From Candidatus Obscuribacteraceae bacterium (GTDB lineage Bacteria; Cyanobacteriota; Vampirovibrionia; Obscuribacterales; Obscuribacteraceae), in contig JBGAHS010000008.1 of NCBI GenBank assembly GCA_044226015.1, positions 352,001 to 416,000 on the forward strand: a stretch of DNA of 64,000 bases, written 5' to 3'. The notes below the pieces were generated by a model. It saw only the letters and a list, made by a program, of their open reading frames with translations. It did no database searches and had not been told where the DNA came from. Each line of letters opens with the position of its first letter. Position 1 is the stretch's first letter. Both the position numbers and the translations under genes were made by a program. Below, piece after piece: positions 9,861-21,600 of the stretch.

Positions 9861-10337
9861 GTGAAAGAAGCAAAGGAATGGGTTGCGTGGCAATGGCTCG
9901 AATACATGCAAAAGTGCAATCCGACAGTGCCGGGCTTGGCGGTGAAACTCTTTCCGCCTCACACTCGCGACCTGCTGACTGATCAAACAAAATTCTGGAA
10001 ACTGTTGCTTGCTCAACAAGACTTCCACTGCATCTACAGCAACACGCGTATCGAAGCGAAAGAGTTCAGCCTGGATCACTTTTTGCCCTGGTCATTTGTG
10101 GTGCACGACGAACTCTGGAATCTAATTCCCACCACTCGCGCAGTGAATTCGAGCAAAGGAGATAGATTGCCTGCGGAGAAATATATAGACGCACTTGCAA
10201 TTTCTATGCACAACGCACTGAAATTCGCGCGCCAGAAAAACTTAGCCGCCAGCGAATGGGAAAAATTGAGCGGTCCCTTTTTCAGAGATCTGGGAATTGA
10301 AAGCGAAGCTAGAATAGAGAATGCCCAGCGCCTTTAA
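9861..10337 (+). pseudogene. HNH endonuclease C-terminal fragment
   Basis: CIYSN..FSLDHFLPWSFVVHDELWNLIP....NSSKGD; starts abruptly 11 nt after the previous stop and lacks the usual N-terminal half. Confidence 0.7.
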
Positions 10338-10385
10338 GCGCAGCAATCAAAACCGAAACAGAGCACGCTCGAAAGTGAATGCATC

Positions 10386-11054
10386 ATGCAGACATATAAT
10401 CACAATCCGAAACTCAATACTGAACTAATACAGCAGTTAATGGAACTCGGCGACGAGCTAAACACTGAAAAGATCGATAAAATCGCCGAGCAGGAACCAA
10501 AAATAATTTCGGACCTGATTGAAATCGTCAAAGACGCCGATTCATTTGGTGCGGAAGAGGCGTCGTGGGTTCCAATTCATGCTGTTATCCTGCTTAGAAA
10601 ACTCAATGCGTTAGAATCGATTGATGCACTCATACAAGTAGCATTAAGCAGCGAGTGGGACGAAATTCTTCTTAGCCAAATATTGATTGCTTTTAGTAGC
10701 TTTGGTGAAGCAGTCCTCGAACCAGCGCTCTCCGCGTACGCTAGTGCAAAGACTGACTTAGAGCGAGAAATAATGCTCGCTTCAGCTTCCAGTGCTGGAA
10801 TTCACGATCAACGTGTGTTCGAAATCATCCACACAGAATTCAAAAAGGATCCTACTAAAGCAGCGATTCAATTCGCGGCTTATGGCGATAAAGCTGCGCT
10901 GCCAATTCTCGCCGACACCCTGAACAAAGCCTACGAGCCGGTGCTCATTACAGAACTAGCATTTGCAATTAGAGAATTAGGCGGTGAACTCGCTCCAAAA
11001 CAGGAGAAAAAAGTTGCATCAGCCAAGAGAAAAATAAAAAAGACGCAAGAGTAA
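10386..11054 (+). CDS. HEAT-repeat protein
   Basis: WVPIHAVILLRKLNALESIDALI, FGEAVLEP, YGDKAALPIL, AIRELGG helical repeats. Confidence 0.7.
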   Translation: MQTYNHNPKLNTELIQQLMELGDELNTEKIDKIAEQEPKIISDLIEIVKDADSFGAEEASWVPIHAVILLRKLNALESIDALIQVALSSEWDEILLSQILIAFSSFGEAVLEPALSAYASAKTDLEREIMLASASSAGIHDQRVFEIIHTEFKKDPTKAAIQFAAYGDKAALPILADTLNKAYEPVLITELAFAIRELGGELAPKQEKKVASAKRKIKKTQE

Positions 11055-11109
11055 CTGCAGCGATGCTGAGCCGGCAGCTGTATGGCGGATAGTAAAAACA
11101 AAAAACTAC

Positions 11110-11724
11110 TCAGTGAATAACTACGACGGGGCGCACCGGCTTAAGCCTGCCTGGCACCAAAAGTGGTGCCGCATACAAATCGCACAAAATCTCCTCCTGC
11201 ACTCCGGTCAAATCAAGATTGAGCAGACATGCGACGTTGTGAGAATCAAGCAAGCCTAGCGCTTGCTCATCCGTCAACTGCGCAAACTCCGTGGACTCTA
11301 CACCAATCAATCTGAATTCGGCGCTCAAACACCTCAGCGCGCCTTCCGTTAATAAGCGAAATTCAGTACGCTTATTCATCGAGTTCTTAATCAACAGTCG
11401 CACGGGCACCTCAACTTTGACACCATAGATGCCGCTCAGTTTCTCAGCCAGCCCTTTCAGTTTCGCCAGTGCAGACGCCATTTCATCTTGTGAAATAGCC
11501 CGAGTTTCAGCAGCAGACAAATCAATAATTGCGCAGGGACCAATATAAAGCCCCAAACCATTACTCGAATCGTCAGCTGAAAAATTCGCCTGCTTACTCA
11601 TAGACTCAGGCACAAAAGCCAACGACAAGGAGCCAGCCTTCAAATTTTCATCCAGAGTGCCAAACCGACTTTCACAGGAAATGTCAAATAGATTACGCTC
11701 GGGCTGCAACAGTCTGCCCTCCAT
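11110..11724 (-). CDS. Cyclase/kynurenine formamidase-fold protein lacking the metal motif
   Basis: LFDIS, YIGPCAIIDLS, RLLIKN, LIGVES, LLNLDL, LYAAPL..PVRPV; no HxGTHxD motif; start uncertain. Confidence 0.6.
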   Translation of the reverse strand: MEGRLLQPERNLFDISCESRFGTLDENLKAGSLSLAFVPESMSKQANFSADDSSNGLGLYIGPCAIIDLSAAETRAISQDEMASALAKLKGLAEKLSGIYGVKVEVPVRLLIKNSMNKRTEFRLLTEGALRCLSAEFRLIGVESTEFAQLTDEQALGLLDSHNVACLLNLDLTGVQEEILCDLYAAPLLVPGRLKPVRPVVVIH

Positions 11725-12358
11725 CGTATGCTTCACCAGGATCACCATGCTGCGCAATCAACACTGCTCGACACGCACAGACACCAAGAACATCTGACAA
11801 AACTGGCACTGCGACAAGCTCATAATTGGTCAGAACTTTCGCATCGCAGAGATTCACCCCAAGCAACCATACAATATTGTTCTGGCGCAAAAAATCCTCA
11901 TTGTTGCTCGGCTGTCCGGGCGGGTCTAATGCAGCAGTATCGATCCCTAGAAGCGATACACTCTGCGACATAAAAAGCAAAAGGGCATCGGCAGAAAGAT
12001 ATTTATCGCCCGTGCTGCCAGCTGATTTAGTCCTCAGCAAAAGACGCCGCGGGCGCTTAGTCGGTTCAAGTTCCAGGAATGGATTGAGACTGGGCAAAAT
12101 GTGCGATGCATTGATTGTTTGCTCGCCACAATCACTCAAATCGAGCACAAATGCTGTCCCCATATATGGCGACAGAGAAACACTGGTCAATAGGCGTTCT
12201 GGCTCCAGCAAAGAATCAGCGTCGTCGAGCGACTCAGCATCAGACGGAAAGCCATAATAGACAGTAGTGGTTGAACGAAACGGCGGAAGCAAACTCAGAC
12301 TTCCCGTCGTCTCGGCGGGGATTGAAATATCGAGGATCTGAGAAAAATCCCTGGACAA
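11693..12358 (-). CDS. Cyclase/kynurenine formamidase-fold protein lacking the metal motif
   Basis: ILDISIP, YMGTAFVLDLS, RLLLRT, YLSADA, LLGIDTAALD, YELVAVP..CRAVL; no HxGTHxD motif. Confidence 0.65.
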   Translation of the reverse strand: MSRDFSQILDISIPAETTGSLSLLPPFRSTTTVYYGFPSDAESLDDADSLLEPERLLTSVSLSPYMGTAFVLDLSDCGEQTINASHILPSLNPFLELEPTKRPRRLLLRTKSAGSTGDKYLSADALLLFMSQSVSLLGIDTAALDPPGQPSNNEDFLRQNNIVWLLGVNLCDAKVLTNYELVAVPVLSDVLGVCACRAVLIAQHGDPGEAYDGGQTVAARA

Positions 12359-12670
12359 TTTTTCGCCTGAAGAAAAGTTACAAAAGAGGGATGGAAGAAG
12401 GGTTTAGTTTTGCAATTTTAGAACCGCAAGGTCAATTTACCACGAAGGAGTTAGCACAACGCTCCTTGACGACCAGAGTGCGCTGCATTGCGCGCTGACG
12501 CAGCAAATCCACGGTTCAGGTCGACAACACGCCTACCAGCATCCTGCGGTATCGGGATTTTGCATTCTAATGATTTCAATTAGCGAACTGGGGCACAATA
12601 TTCGTAAGGGTTTAGTTGTCAGCAATGCTTCGGGACGGCGTGTCTTATCCCTCTGGATTGGTGTGCTCCT

Positions 12671-15600
12671 GTGAAAGACGATGAAACCAAGGACGAAAAC
12701 AAGAAGACTGATAAGAGCGAAGATTTCGACGATAGCCCAGAGAACACCAGGCTAGAAGATAAAGCCGATATCGACGTAACGAAAACGCAGGTCAAAGACG
12801 CGACCAAGAGCCGCGCTGCTACAGCCGTTCCCGACATTGATCTTCTCGGTGCCGATCAGACCGGCGGTCTGCGCGAATTACTGCGCCGCCAGGAAGCTGC
12901 AATTGGCAAGCCTTCAGAGAAACAGAAAGCGAGCGACGCAGGCAAACCATCACAAGAGAAACGCGAAGACTTTGAGAAACTAAAGGAGTTTCAACAGGCA
13001 TTCCTCTCACCATTGGCTTCAGCGAACGAGAGACGCGCGGCGCTGGACGCAATGGAATCACTGCTGCAAAAGAAAGATGGCACTGAGGCAGCCGAACTAA
13101 AAAAGGGCATCGAAACCAATCGCAGACTAGACCAGCTTATAGGCTTGTCTAGCGATGCAGCCTCATTCAAAACAGAGAATCTGATAGCAGCACTGCAAAC
13201 GCCAACAAGAACAGACGCTGCGATTCTCGGACTTGCCGCCATCGCCAATGGTGGCAATGGAGACAAGTCGCAGGCTCTGTCAGCAACCGCTGCATTGCAG
13301 CAGTTCGTTGGAAAAGACGAGACATTTAACACTGCGCGGGCTAAGCAAGTTATCGACGCCTTGCTCGCAAGCAGGACAGCTCCGTACTCAGACAAATTTC
13401 TTGGCTTAGTGCTAGCCAGCGACCTTGCTGCAAAATCACAGCATTTTCCAGACGCATTACATCAGAGCATTCAAGAGGCATTAAGCTCAGACACAGCTGT
13501 TGGACGCGAAGCCGGATTCAACGCAATCAAAAGGCTTGGCGGCAAAGCCTCCGATGCTGATTTTAAAGCACTGCAAGAAAATATGACGCCAGAATTGGCG
13601 AAGAATATTATGGCTTTGCCACCAGATCTCTTAGCGAGAAACGACTACGCGCTGATATCAGAAGCAGTGACTCGCTTGCCCAAAGCAGAACTCAGCAAAT
13701 TCTTCACCGATGCAGCAACTCAACAGACCACGAAACTCACTGAATTAGCGAAATCCGAGCTAGCAGATGCCGGCGAAGTAAAGACGAGCAAGGGCTTGCA
13801 GCAAGCTGCCGTAAAAGGTCTGGCTGAAATTGCAAGAGGAAGAGTTCAGGATGAAGACGAAGCTACACGTGCTTACAATGCATTGAAGAAACTGGCAGAA
13901 AGTCCAGAAGCGAAACATGCTGTAATTGAAGCCATTGCCAAGACGCAGCCAGCGCGCAATTCCGACTATTGGACAATACCTCTCTTGGGGAAAACCATTG
14001 CAAGCCTGAAAGATGGCTACGAAAGCGTTGGTGAAGGGCTGCCAGAAAACGAGAAACTGGCGCTAAAAAAAGCTGTTCGCGACGCAATAGAAACCAGCTT
14101 GAAGAGCCATGCAGCGGCAGACAATCGTTGGGCGGGAAGAAGCCTATCATGGCTTGCCAAAACAATGGACGAAGAGCTCTTGAATGTATTCAAAGACAAT
14201 CTGTCTTTTGAGTCGATAAACGAGCTGTCGCCACATGTGAAGGCGATGAAACCAGAACTGCAAGCGCTGTTGCGTCAAGATTTAGTTTCGCGTGCCAGCA
14301 CAGACAGCGGCGCCGATCGCAAATCACGTGAGACTGCAATTACAGCCCTGGTTAGCTTCTTTGGAAAAGATGCGCTTGATGGCACGGGGCTTGAGGTTTC
14401 TACAGAAAAGCAAAAGGAAAACAAATCTGAAATCGCTGAACTAATAAAGGTCGCGGACACAAGCACAGGCACGAATTACGTCTTTGCTCTTCCATTAGTG
14501 AAAGGCGGAAGCACGCATCCACTTCCTCTAAGCATAGATAGGGGCGAGCCCAGCGACCCAGCTCTTCCAAAGCTGACGGAGTTTAAGTGGGAACAGGGAA
14601 GAGAGAAACCACAAGGCAATGCATACACTGGCGCTGAAAAGAGTTTTCTCACCGACACACTGAAAGAAGTTAGCGAAAAGTTTTCTAAGGACCAGAGAGG
14701 CAATGAGACTACTCTGGTTCGTGAAGCCAACAAATACAAAGTCAATGAAGAGGCAAGTCTTAAAGCCTCCACGCAGAATGGTGCAGCAATTACAGATGCC
14801 ACGCGCGCCTCGTTCAACGAATCAAAAGACACTCTGACGAAAAGCAGTGATTTCGTTGAAAGACAAAGCAACGAAAAATTGATTAGAGAAGATGTAGACC
14901 GCGCTTATCAGCAACTTCTGGGACGTAAGCCTGACTACCCCGGAGCAAACTGGGCATTGGATCTCTTCAACAGCGGCAAGAGCTACCGCGATGCACTTCG
15001 CGGAATAGCCTCAGCAGCGGAATTCAAAAATGCTATTCCGCAAGATAAAGATAAGGTCATGCCTTTTCTATATAGCAAGTTGCTACTTCGCAGCTTCGGC
15101 AGCGGCGACAATAAGGCAATGTATGAGCAGCTGATTGCCAAGGAAGGAATTGATGGCGCAATAAATTTCATTCTGAGCTCAGCCGAGTTCAATGAAATGG
15201 CTGCATCAAGAGGAAAGAATAAAGCGCCAGAACTGAAAGATGCATTGCCACCAGAAACAAACGAAAAGTGCAACGCAGCTGCCAGAACAATCGAAGACCT
15301 GCAGAATCAACTTAGGGCGAATCCGGAAAACAAATTGCTGCAAGACGCTCTTATCGCGCTGGGCGGGCTGGACAAAGCCGGCGCACCCGAGCAGACTGGC
15401 GGACCTGCCAAAGCTGGATCTAGCAAGGCGAACGAAGAGCGACAGAAGCTCATTGCTGCAAGCTTGGAAGCAATAAACAGAGTTCCCGACGGATTGCTGT
15501 CTCAACTCAAAGCACAAGACCCTGCAATGCGATTCAGGGCGATGGAAAAAATCGACCTTGCCTTGAACAGTTCAAATGACAGTGTGCTGCAACAAGCACT

Positions 15601-18600
15601 TTCTGAGAGTCGCGCTCGCATGTCGACCTTTGCATTGACGGAAAAGAGCACACCAGAAAATTATGCGCGCGCTAAAGAGAATATACAGCGAGACTTTGAA
15701 AAGGCACTAGCAGCAGGCGACAACGTGCTCGCTAACGAATTGAAAGACCGCTACAACTGGACTAACGCAGCCGGAATTATCAGTGAACTAAATGGAATAA
15801 AGACGAGTGATCAGCAAAAAGCAGCCATTCAAACAGCTGCTGGTGTTGAAGCACTTATGGATCAAGCTAGCAAAGGTAATCCTTACGCACAAGCTGCCGT
15901 GGCGATGATTCTAAATACTGGCGATGCAGCAGCCCAAAAGCGCAGCCATGACTTGCTGGCACAGGAGAAAAGTTTAACCCTTGCCGTGCCTGATATCAGC
16001 AAACTGCCAGAGCAAGCCCAACTACTGGTGCGTAACCAGGCGCTTGCATCTTTGGTCCAAAAGACAGCAATGACTAATGGTACGATTTCTAAAGCAGAAG
16101 CTAGCGCTCTCACCGATGCTCTCTTGAATGCAGAAAAGAGAAAAGACAATCAGGCTGCGAAACTCCTCTCATCAGCACTAGACCTGGCTTTGTCTTCCAA
16201 GAAGATGAGCATACCTCGTCCGGGACAAGAGCCGCTCATAGTTGATGGCAAGAAAGCAGCAAGCGAAGCGATTAATGATGCCATCAATCGTGGTGCAGAT
16301 TCGGAAACGCTGGTGAACAAATACTTGAGCTTGCTCGCATCCGACAAACAAGCAGCTCTGCTAAGCAAGGAAGATTTTAACGCTCTGGTTCGTAACGCAT
16401 CAGAAGGCAAGCCAGCCGCCATGAAGGTACTGGCGACAATTGCCACTACTGACGGTGAGCTTGCAAAAGACGCCCAAGCAAAGATGATTGAGCTTGCAGC
16501 CGGAGAGAAGACACGCGAGATCGCTCTACTTGCAACGCTTGATGCAAAAGACCCCTTAACACTCCATCGCAATGGAGCAGCAGAGCTATTCAAACAGCTT
16601 CTTGGGAAAGCTGAGCTTCCGCCTCGCGTCGAGCAAGCTATCTTAAGCAAACTGAATTCAACTGATGATTCAGAGAAAGCTGCTGGAAGAAACGCCATGC
16701 TTGCAAGCGCTGACCGTTGGATGAAGGGAGATTCGGGAGAAAATGCCTTACTGAAAGCAGCAGCCTCAAACATGAACGCTGAGCTGATAGAGCTGCTGAA
16801 AGACAAAAAAGACTTGATGCAAAACCCAGCGTTCTTGAACAAGCTAGGTCTGAGTATTGACACTGCCAACGGTGTCACCACACTTAAGCACGCAGCAAGC
16901 AACACCGAATACAAGATAAAAGATTTCAATGGCAAGCTGCGATTATTCGAGCAAAACACCTATGGTGCAGACCAGAAGCTAAGCCATGCTCGCAACAACT
17001 TGTTCGACGAGAAAACGGGTGAATTTAAGGGTGCTGAAGAAATAGACAGCACCGGCAACAAAGCAATTTTCAATAAAGACAAGCTGCTAACTGAAGTTCG
17101 GCGCTCGAGTCCCGAAGGTGAGTTTGTTAAAATTTCACGAACTAATGATGGCAAAGCCACAGCTGTCTTCGATAACTATGGACGCGGCTGGGACTCAAAA
17201 GATGGTGGCAGAACATGGGCTCGTCGGGGCAGCAATGAAAAAGCATACGGAGCACCAGAGTTTCAAGCTGGAGGTGTCATAAAATTCTCTGGCGCTGGAC
17301 CAGAAGGTAAGGTAGAAACACTGGATAAACCTTCCGGTATCGTTTGGAAATATGATGAGGCTAGAAAAGAAAGCACCGTTAGCTATCCAGACAAAAGCTA
17401 TGAAACAAAAAACGAGTCCGGCAAAACCGTCAAGTCACGCGACGCCAACGGCAACGAAAGAGAGTTCTTCTGGTCAGAAGACAGTAAGAAATTACTCGGT
17501 GTAAAAGATGAAACTGGACTCTGGCAGGCAAGCCCAGATGGCACTCACTGGCAAAACCTCAATGCACCAGACCAACCCACACAAATTGGCACACGCACCG
17601 TCGATACAGCCGGATATCACATTCGAAATAGCGGTGCAAGCGAAAAAATATTCCGCAGAGACGGCTCAGTATTGGAAATTAAGTCTGAAAAAGAGCAATC
17701 GATTCACGACCGCCATGCCAATAAAATTGACCTCAAATTCGAAGGCAAAGAGCTCCGCGAAGTCAATGAAAATGGAAATGTTTGGCGTCGCAAAGAAGGC
17801 GCCCCCGAAGACAAGTCTCTCTATTTAATAGTAGACGGAAAACCCACTGAGACTAAGGCTAAATTCGAACTAAGCGACGACCGCAGCAAACTAAAGAGAA
17901 TAATCGAAACAGCCACCGAAGCAAAAGACGGCGCCGTAAAAGGGTTCTTCAAAGAAACCGAGTACAGGTCCGATGGCACTATGCTTGCCCGAGACGAACA
18001 AGGCAGAGTGCGCCGATCGCGCAACCGGGATGGGGAACTAAGCAACATTGAATACCTGGACAAAACGAATGTTGTGGCTAGAATAGGCACCAGTTTTCCA
18101 GATGGGCACGAGGAAATCACAGCATTACGAAATCCATCAAAGCCAGAAGAGGAGTACATAAAGACATTCTGGCAGCGAAAAAGCCCAGGTTCTGACGAAC
18201 TTGTAAGAGAAGATGTCACGAAAGAAAATTGGAACATCTCTGCTCTATCGGTTGACCATGCAACTGGTAGCATAAAAGCATCTGAAGTCACAGTTATTTC
18301 TTCCAATGAATCGGGTGAAAGAAGGCGACGTTCTCACGCACTGGTTGTTTCGTCTCTCGACAATGGCAGCATTGCATTCCAACGACATGACGCAGGCTTG
18401 CTCATTAGTGATCGCTATAACGGCAACCAGACTCGTAGCTCATATAAATGGGCAGCGGAAGGCTCGCTTTCAAGTACAAGCACGATTCGCGGAAGAGATG
18501 CCAGCTGCACCTACGATGCGGCTGGCAATCTGACAAGAGTTGAGGGCTTATCTAACAACCAGAGCTTCGAAATTAAACGCGGCGAAAATGGTTCAATCGA

Positions 18601-21600
18601 AATCGCAGAATCAAATGGCACGCGATGGCAATCAGCTGACGGCAAGACATTCACCAACCCAGCGACACAACAAACCTTCAGCGGCGAATTTTTCGCTAGC
18701 ACTGACGGTAAATATGGATTTAAAATTCCGGGTTCAAGCGAAAGCACTATTATCAGAGACGTAGCCAGGCGAGAGACTATTTTCTCGCCTCCAGAGCGCT
18801 TTCAGATACAGAGGCTGGTAAAGGATGTAACAAGCGTTGCACTCACGGACAACAACGCGATAATTCAGCGCGACGCCAATGGCAGAACCCTGGCACTAGT
18901 GAACCCCGATGGAAAAATTGTACGAGCAACACGCGATGCTTCAGGCAACGTGCAAGAACTCAGCATTACAGACCCTCGCAGCAATCAAGCAATGACTTGG
19001 AAAAAAGATGGCGCGCGCTTGCTGCTTACACGCGGAGCAGAAACAGAAGATCTAGGTAATTCAAAACTAGAGCTTAGTGATCGCGGAGAGATAGTTCAAA
19101 TCTCTGACAAAAACAAGATTGAATATGTCCGAAAAACTGATGGCACTGAGATAAGAAGACTGCAAGGCTCTTCCGAGTTTGATGGAAAGCAAAATTTCCG
19201 CTACGTGGTCGACAGACCTGACGGCAGCATAGCAGAGTATCACTATCGAGTTCATGCGGAAGGGGCGGCAGAGAATCTTGAGGTAGTGAAAACTGGCACA
19301 AGAAACATCGACTCATCTCTCAATGCTGAAACCGTCATGCGGAAGATGCCTAACTCGAATCCCCAAGAGCCGACATGGTACTACTCAGATTCGGCTGAGA
19401 TTCGTTCTGGCGCTATGAAAATGGGACAGACCTGGAAAGGCAGTCAAAACTTCGACCCAACGAATGGAGAGTTCAGCACTATTGGTGCAAAGCCAGGAGA
19501 AAAAGCAGCTCGAATTCGCGAAACAGCTGATGGATGGAGACAAGAAGCTGAGTCTCCTGTACTTAGCAAACGCGGCATGGGCGGAGAAATCGTCTACAAA
19601 TCGAGCACTGGCGAAGTTAACAAGATAGCAGATCGCAACGGGCGAAACATCGACATCAAACACACTGATGGACAGATCTCTGAATTGTCAATTACAGAAA
19701 AAGGTGGAAAAGAAGCATCAGAAAAATTCAGCTCAGCAGACGGCAAAACGTGGAGCCGCAAATTCCGTGATGCTGCTAGCGGCGAATGGAAAGAAGAGAA
19801 ATTCAGCGGACATGCTTCGGTCGACAGCGAAGGCGTCATAAGAATCAGGAAAGCAGGAGCTGACTTCATCACGCTGCGCCCCGAAGGACAACGCATCACG
19901 CACGACAAGGCAGCAGGCATCACGCTGGTAGAGAAAACCAATGGTGAAAGAGAGAGAGTCGGCTTCGGTCCAAACAACAAAGTAAACCGAATATATAATT
20001 CAGACAATAGCTATACAGCCACCGACGACGGTGTCAACTGGCGCAGCTACGACGCGACTGGCAAACTGAAGACCGACAGCGCTAAACAGCAAATTGTAGA
20101 ATTCGACGAAAAAACAGGCACCATTACCACCCAGGCAAAAGATGGCAGCCGAGTTGAAATGAAAGGAGGCGACGGCAGCCTTCGCATCTACTCTGCAGTT
20201 GGTCCTAAAGAACAATCACTCGTTCTTACCTACGATAAGAATGCACGAGCCGATGTCACCGAAGTACGCTACGAACAAGGCAAGAAAATAGAAACAGTTG
20301 TTAGTTACGCCAACAAAACTGTGCAGAAATTCAACGGGGATGATCTGCTCAGCTACATGAAGGACATCCGAGGAAAAGAAACATCCATCAGCTGGGAAGG
20401 AACACCGCCGCGCTCAACAATAAAATCATTTACTGACGAAAGCGGACTCAATTTCGAACGCCACAGCGCTGGTTTTTACCTGGCAAAAAACAGACATGGA
20501 TTCGTCGTAGATAGATATGATGGCACAGTGTTCGTCAACTCCGAAGGCAAACTAGAGAGAATATTCGGTACTTCATCAAACATAGTTGGTCAAGACCGCG
20601 GCGTCACGGCTGCAAACGTAAGAGAAATACGCGGACTCGACGGCAATGTTCTGAATCTTGTCGGAAACAAAGGCGTCACAGTTAGAAATTCCGAAGGATT
20701 ATTGCAACGAAGCATCGATGGCACAGGGTTTGTCAGACAGTTCGAATTTGGAGACAAGGACCGCTGGGGACAACCATCGCTCGATAAAGTAATCATCGGA
20801 GAAGGCAATGGAGAATACTCCATAAGCCGTCAATACTGGTATTGGGAAGACGCAGCAAAATCAAAAATGGCTCCAAAGTGGCTGCGCAGCGATGGCAAAG
20901 CATTGTACGACCACGACTCCAAAGCACATCAAAACTGGCGGGTTGATCACACAACTGGCGATATGTTTTGTTATCGCAATGATTTTGTGACCGAGCACTT
21001 CAATCTGGAGTCAGGCAAATGGACAACAGGAGATGAATCGAGCGTTCGCGCGAAAGCAGATGAGATAAAGACGATTGCGGACAGATATTCCATTCAATAC
21101 TTTTTTGATCCTAACGGACGTTACAGAGAACTAAACGATCAGCTCAAAGATCTCTCTGCCGACCAGATTCAGGCAGTCAAAGACTACCTGATGTCCAAGG
21201 CATTGAACATCAACGAATATGTGAATCACAAGTACAGCAGAGGCAGCGTCGAAAATACCGTACTTAACGGACACCTGAGACGCATAGGGCACACGCGCGA
21301 TGCGCACAATGTCGAGCTTGCTGAACTTGCATTGAAGCAGGCTCTGGCAGAAAAGACCCAGCGAGGTTACCGCACAAATCTTGAAGTTGAGAAAGACCTC
21401 AGAGACAAAATTTCGCCTCTGAACCAAAGACAAATTGCAATGCTAAACGATGGCTATGCAAAAGAGCATGACGGCAAGACTGTACTTGAAGATATGAAAG
21501 TGGACCCAAGCTGGAAACGTAGCTCTGCATTGCATAAGGAGGCAATGGAAAGCTACCTGACTAAAGGCAAAGGCAATCGAACTGTTGAGGAAGAACTCAA

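Noticed and set aside
12500..12565. Riboswitch upstream of the giant gene (GCAAATCC...GGATTTTGC pairing)
   Set aside because: Only a loose stem; no aptamer consensus or terminator that I can recognise
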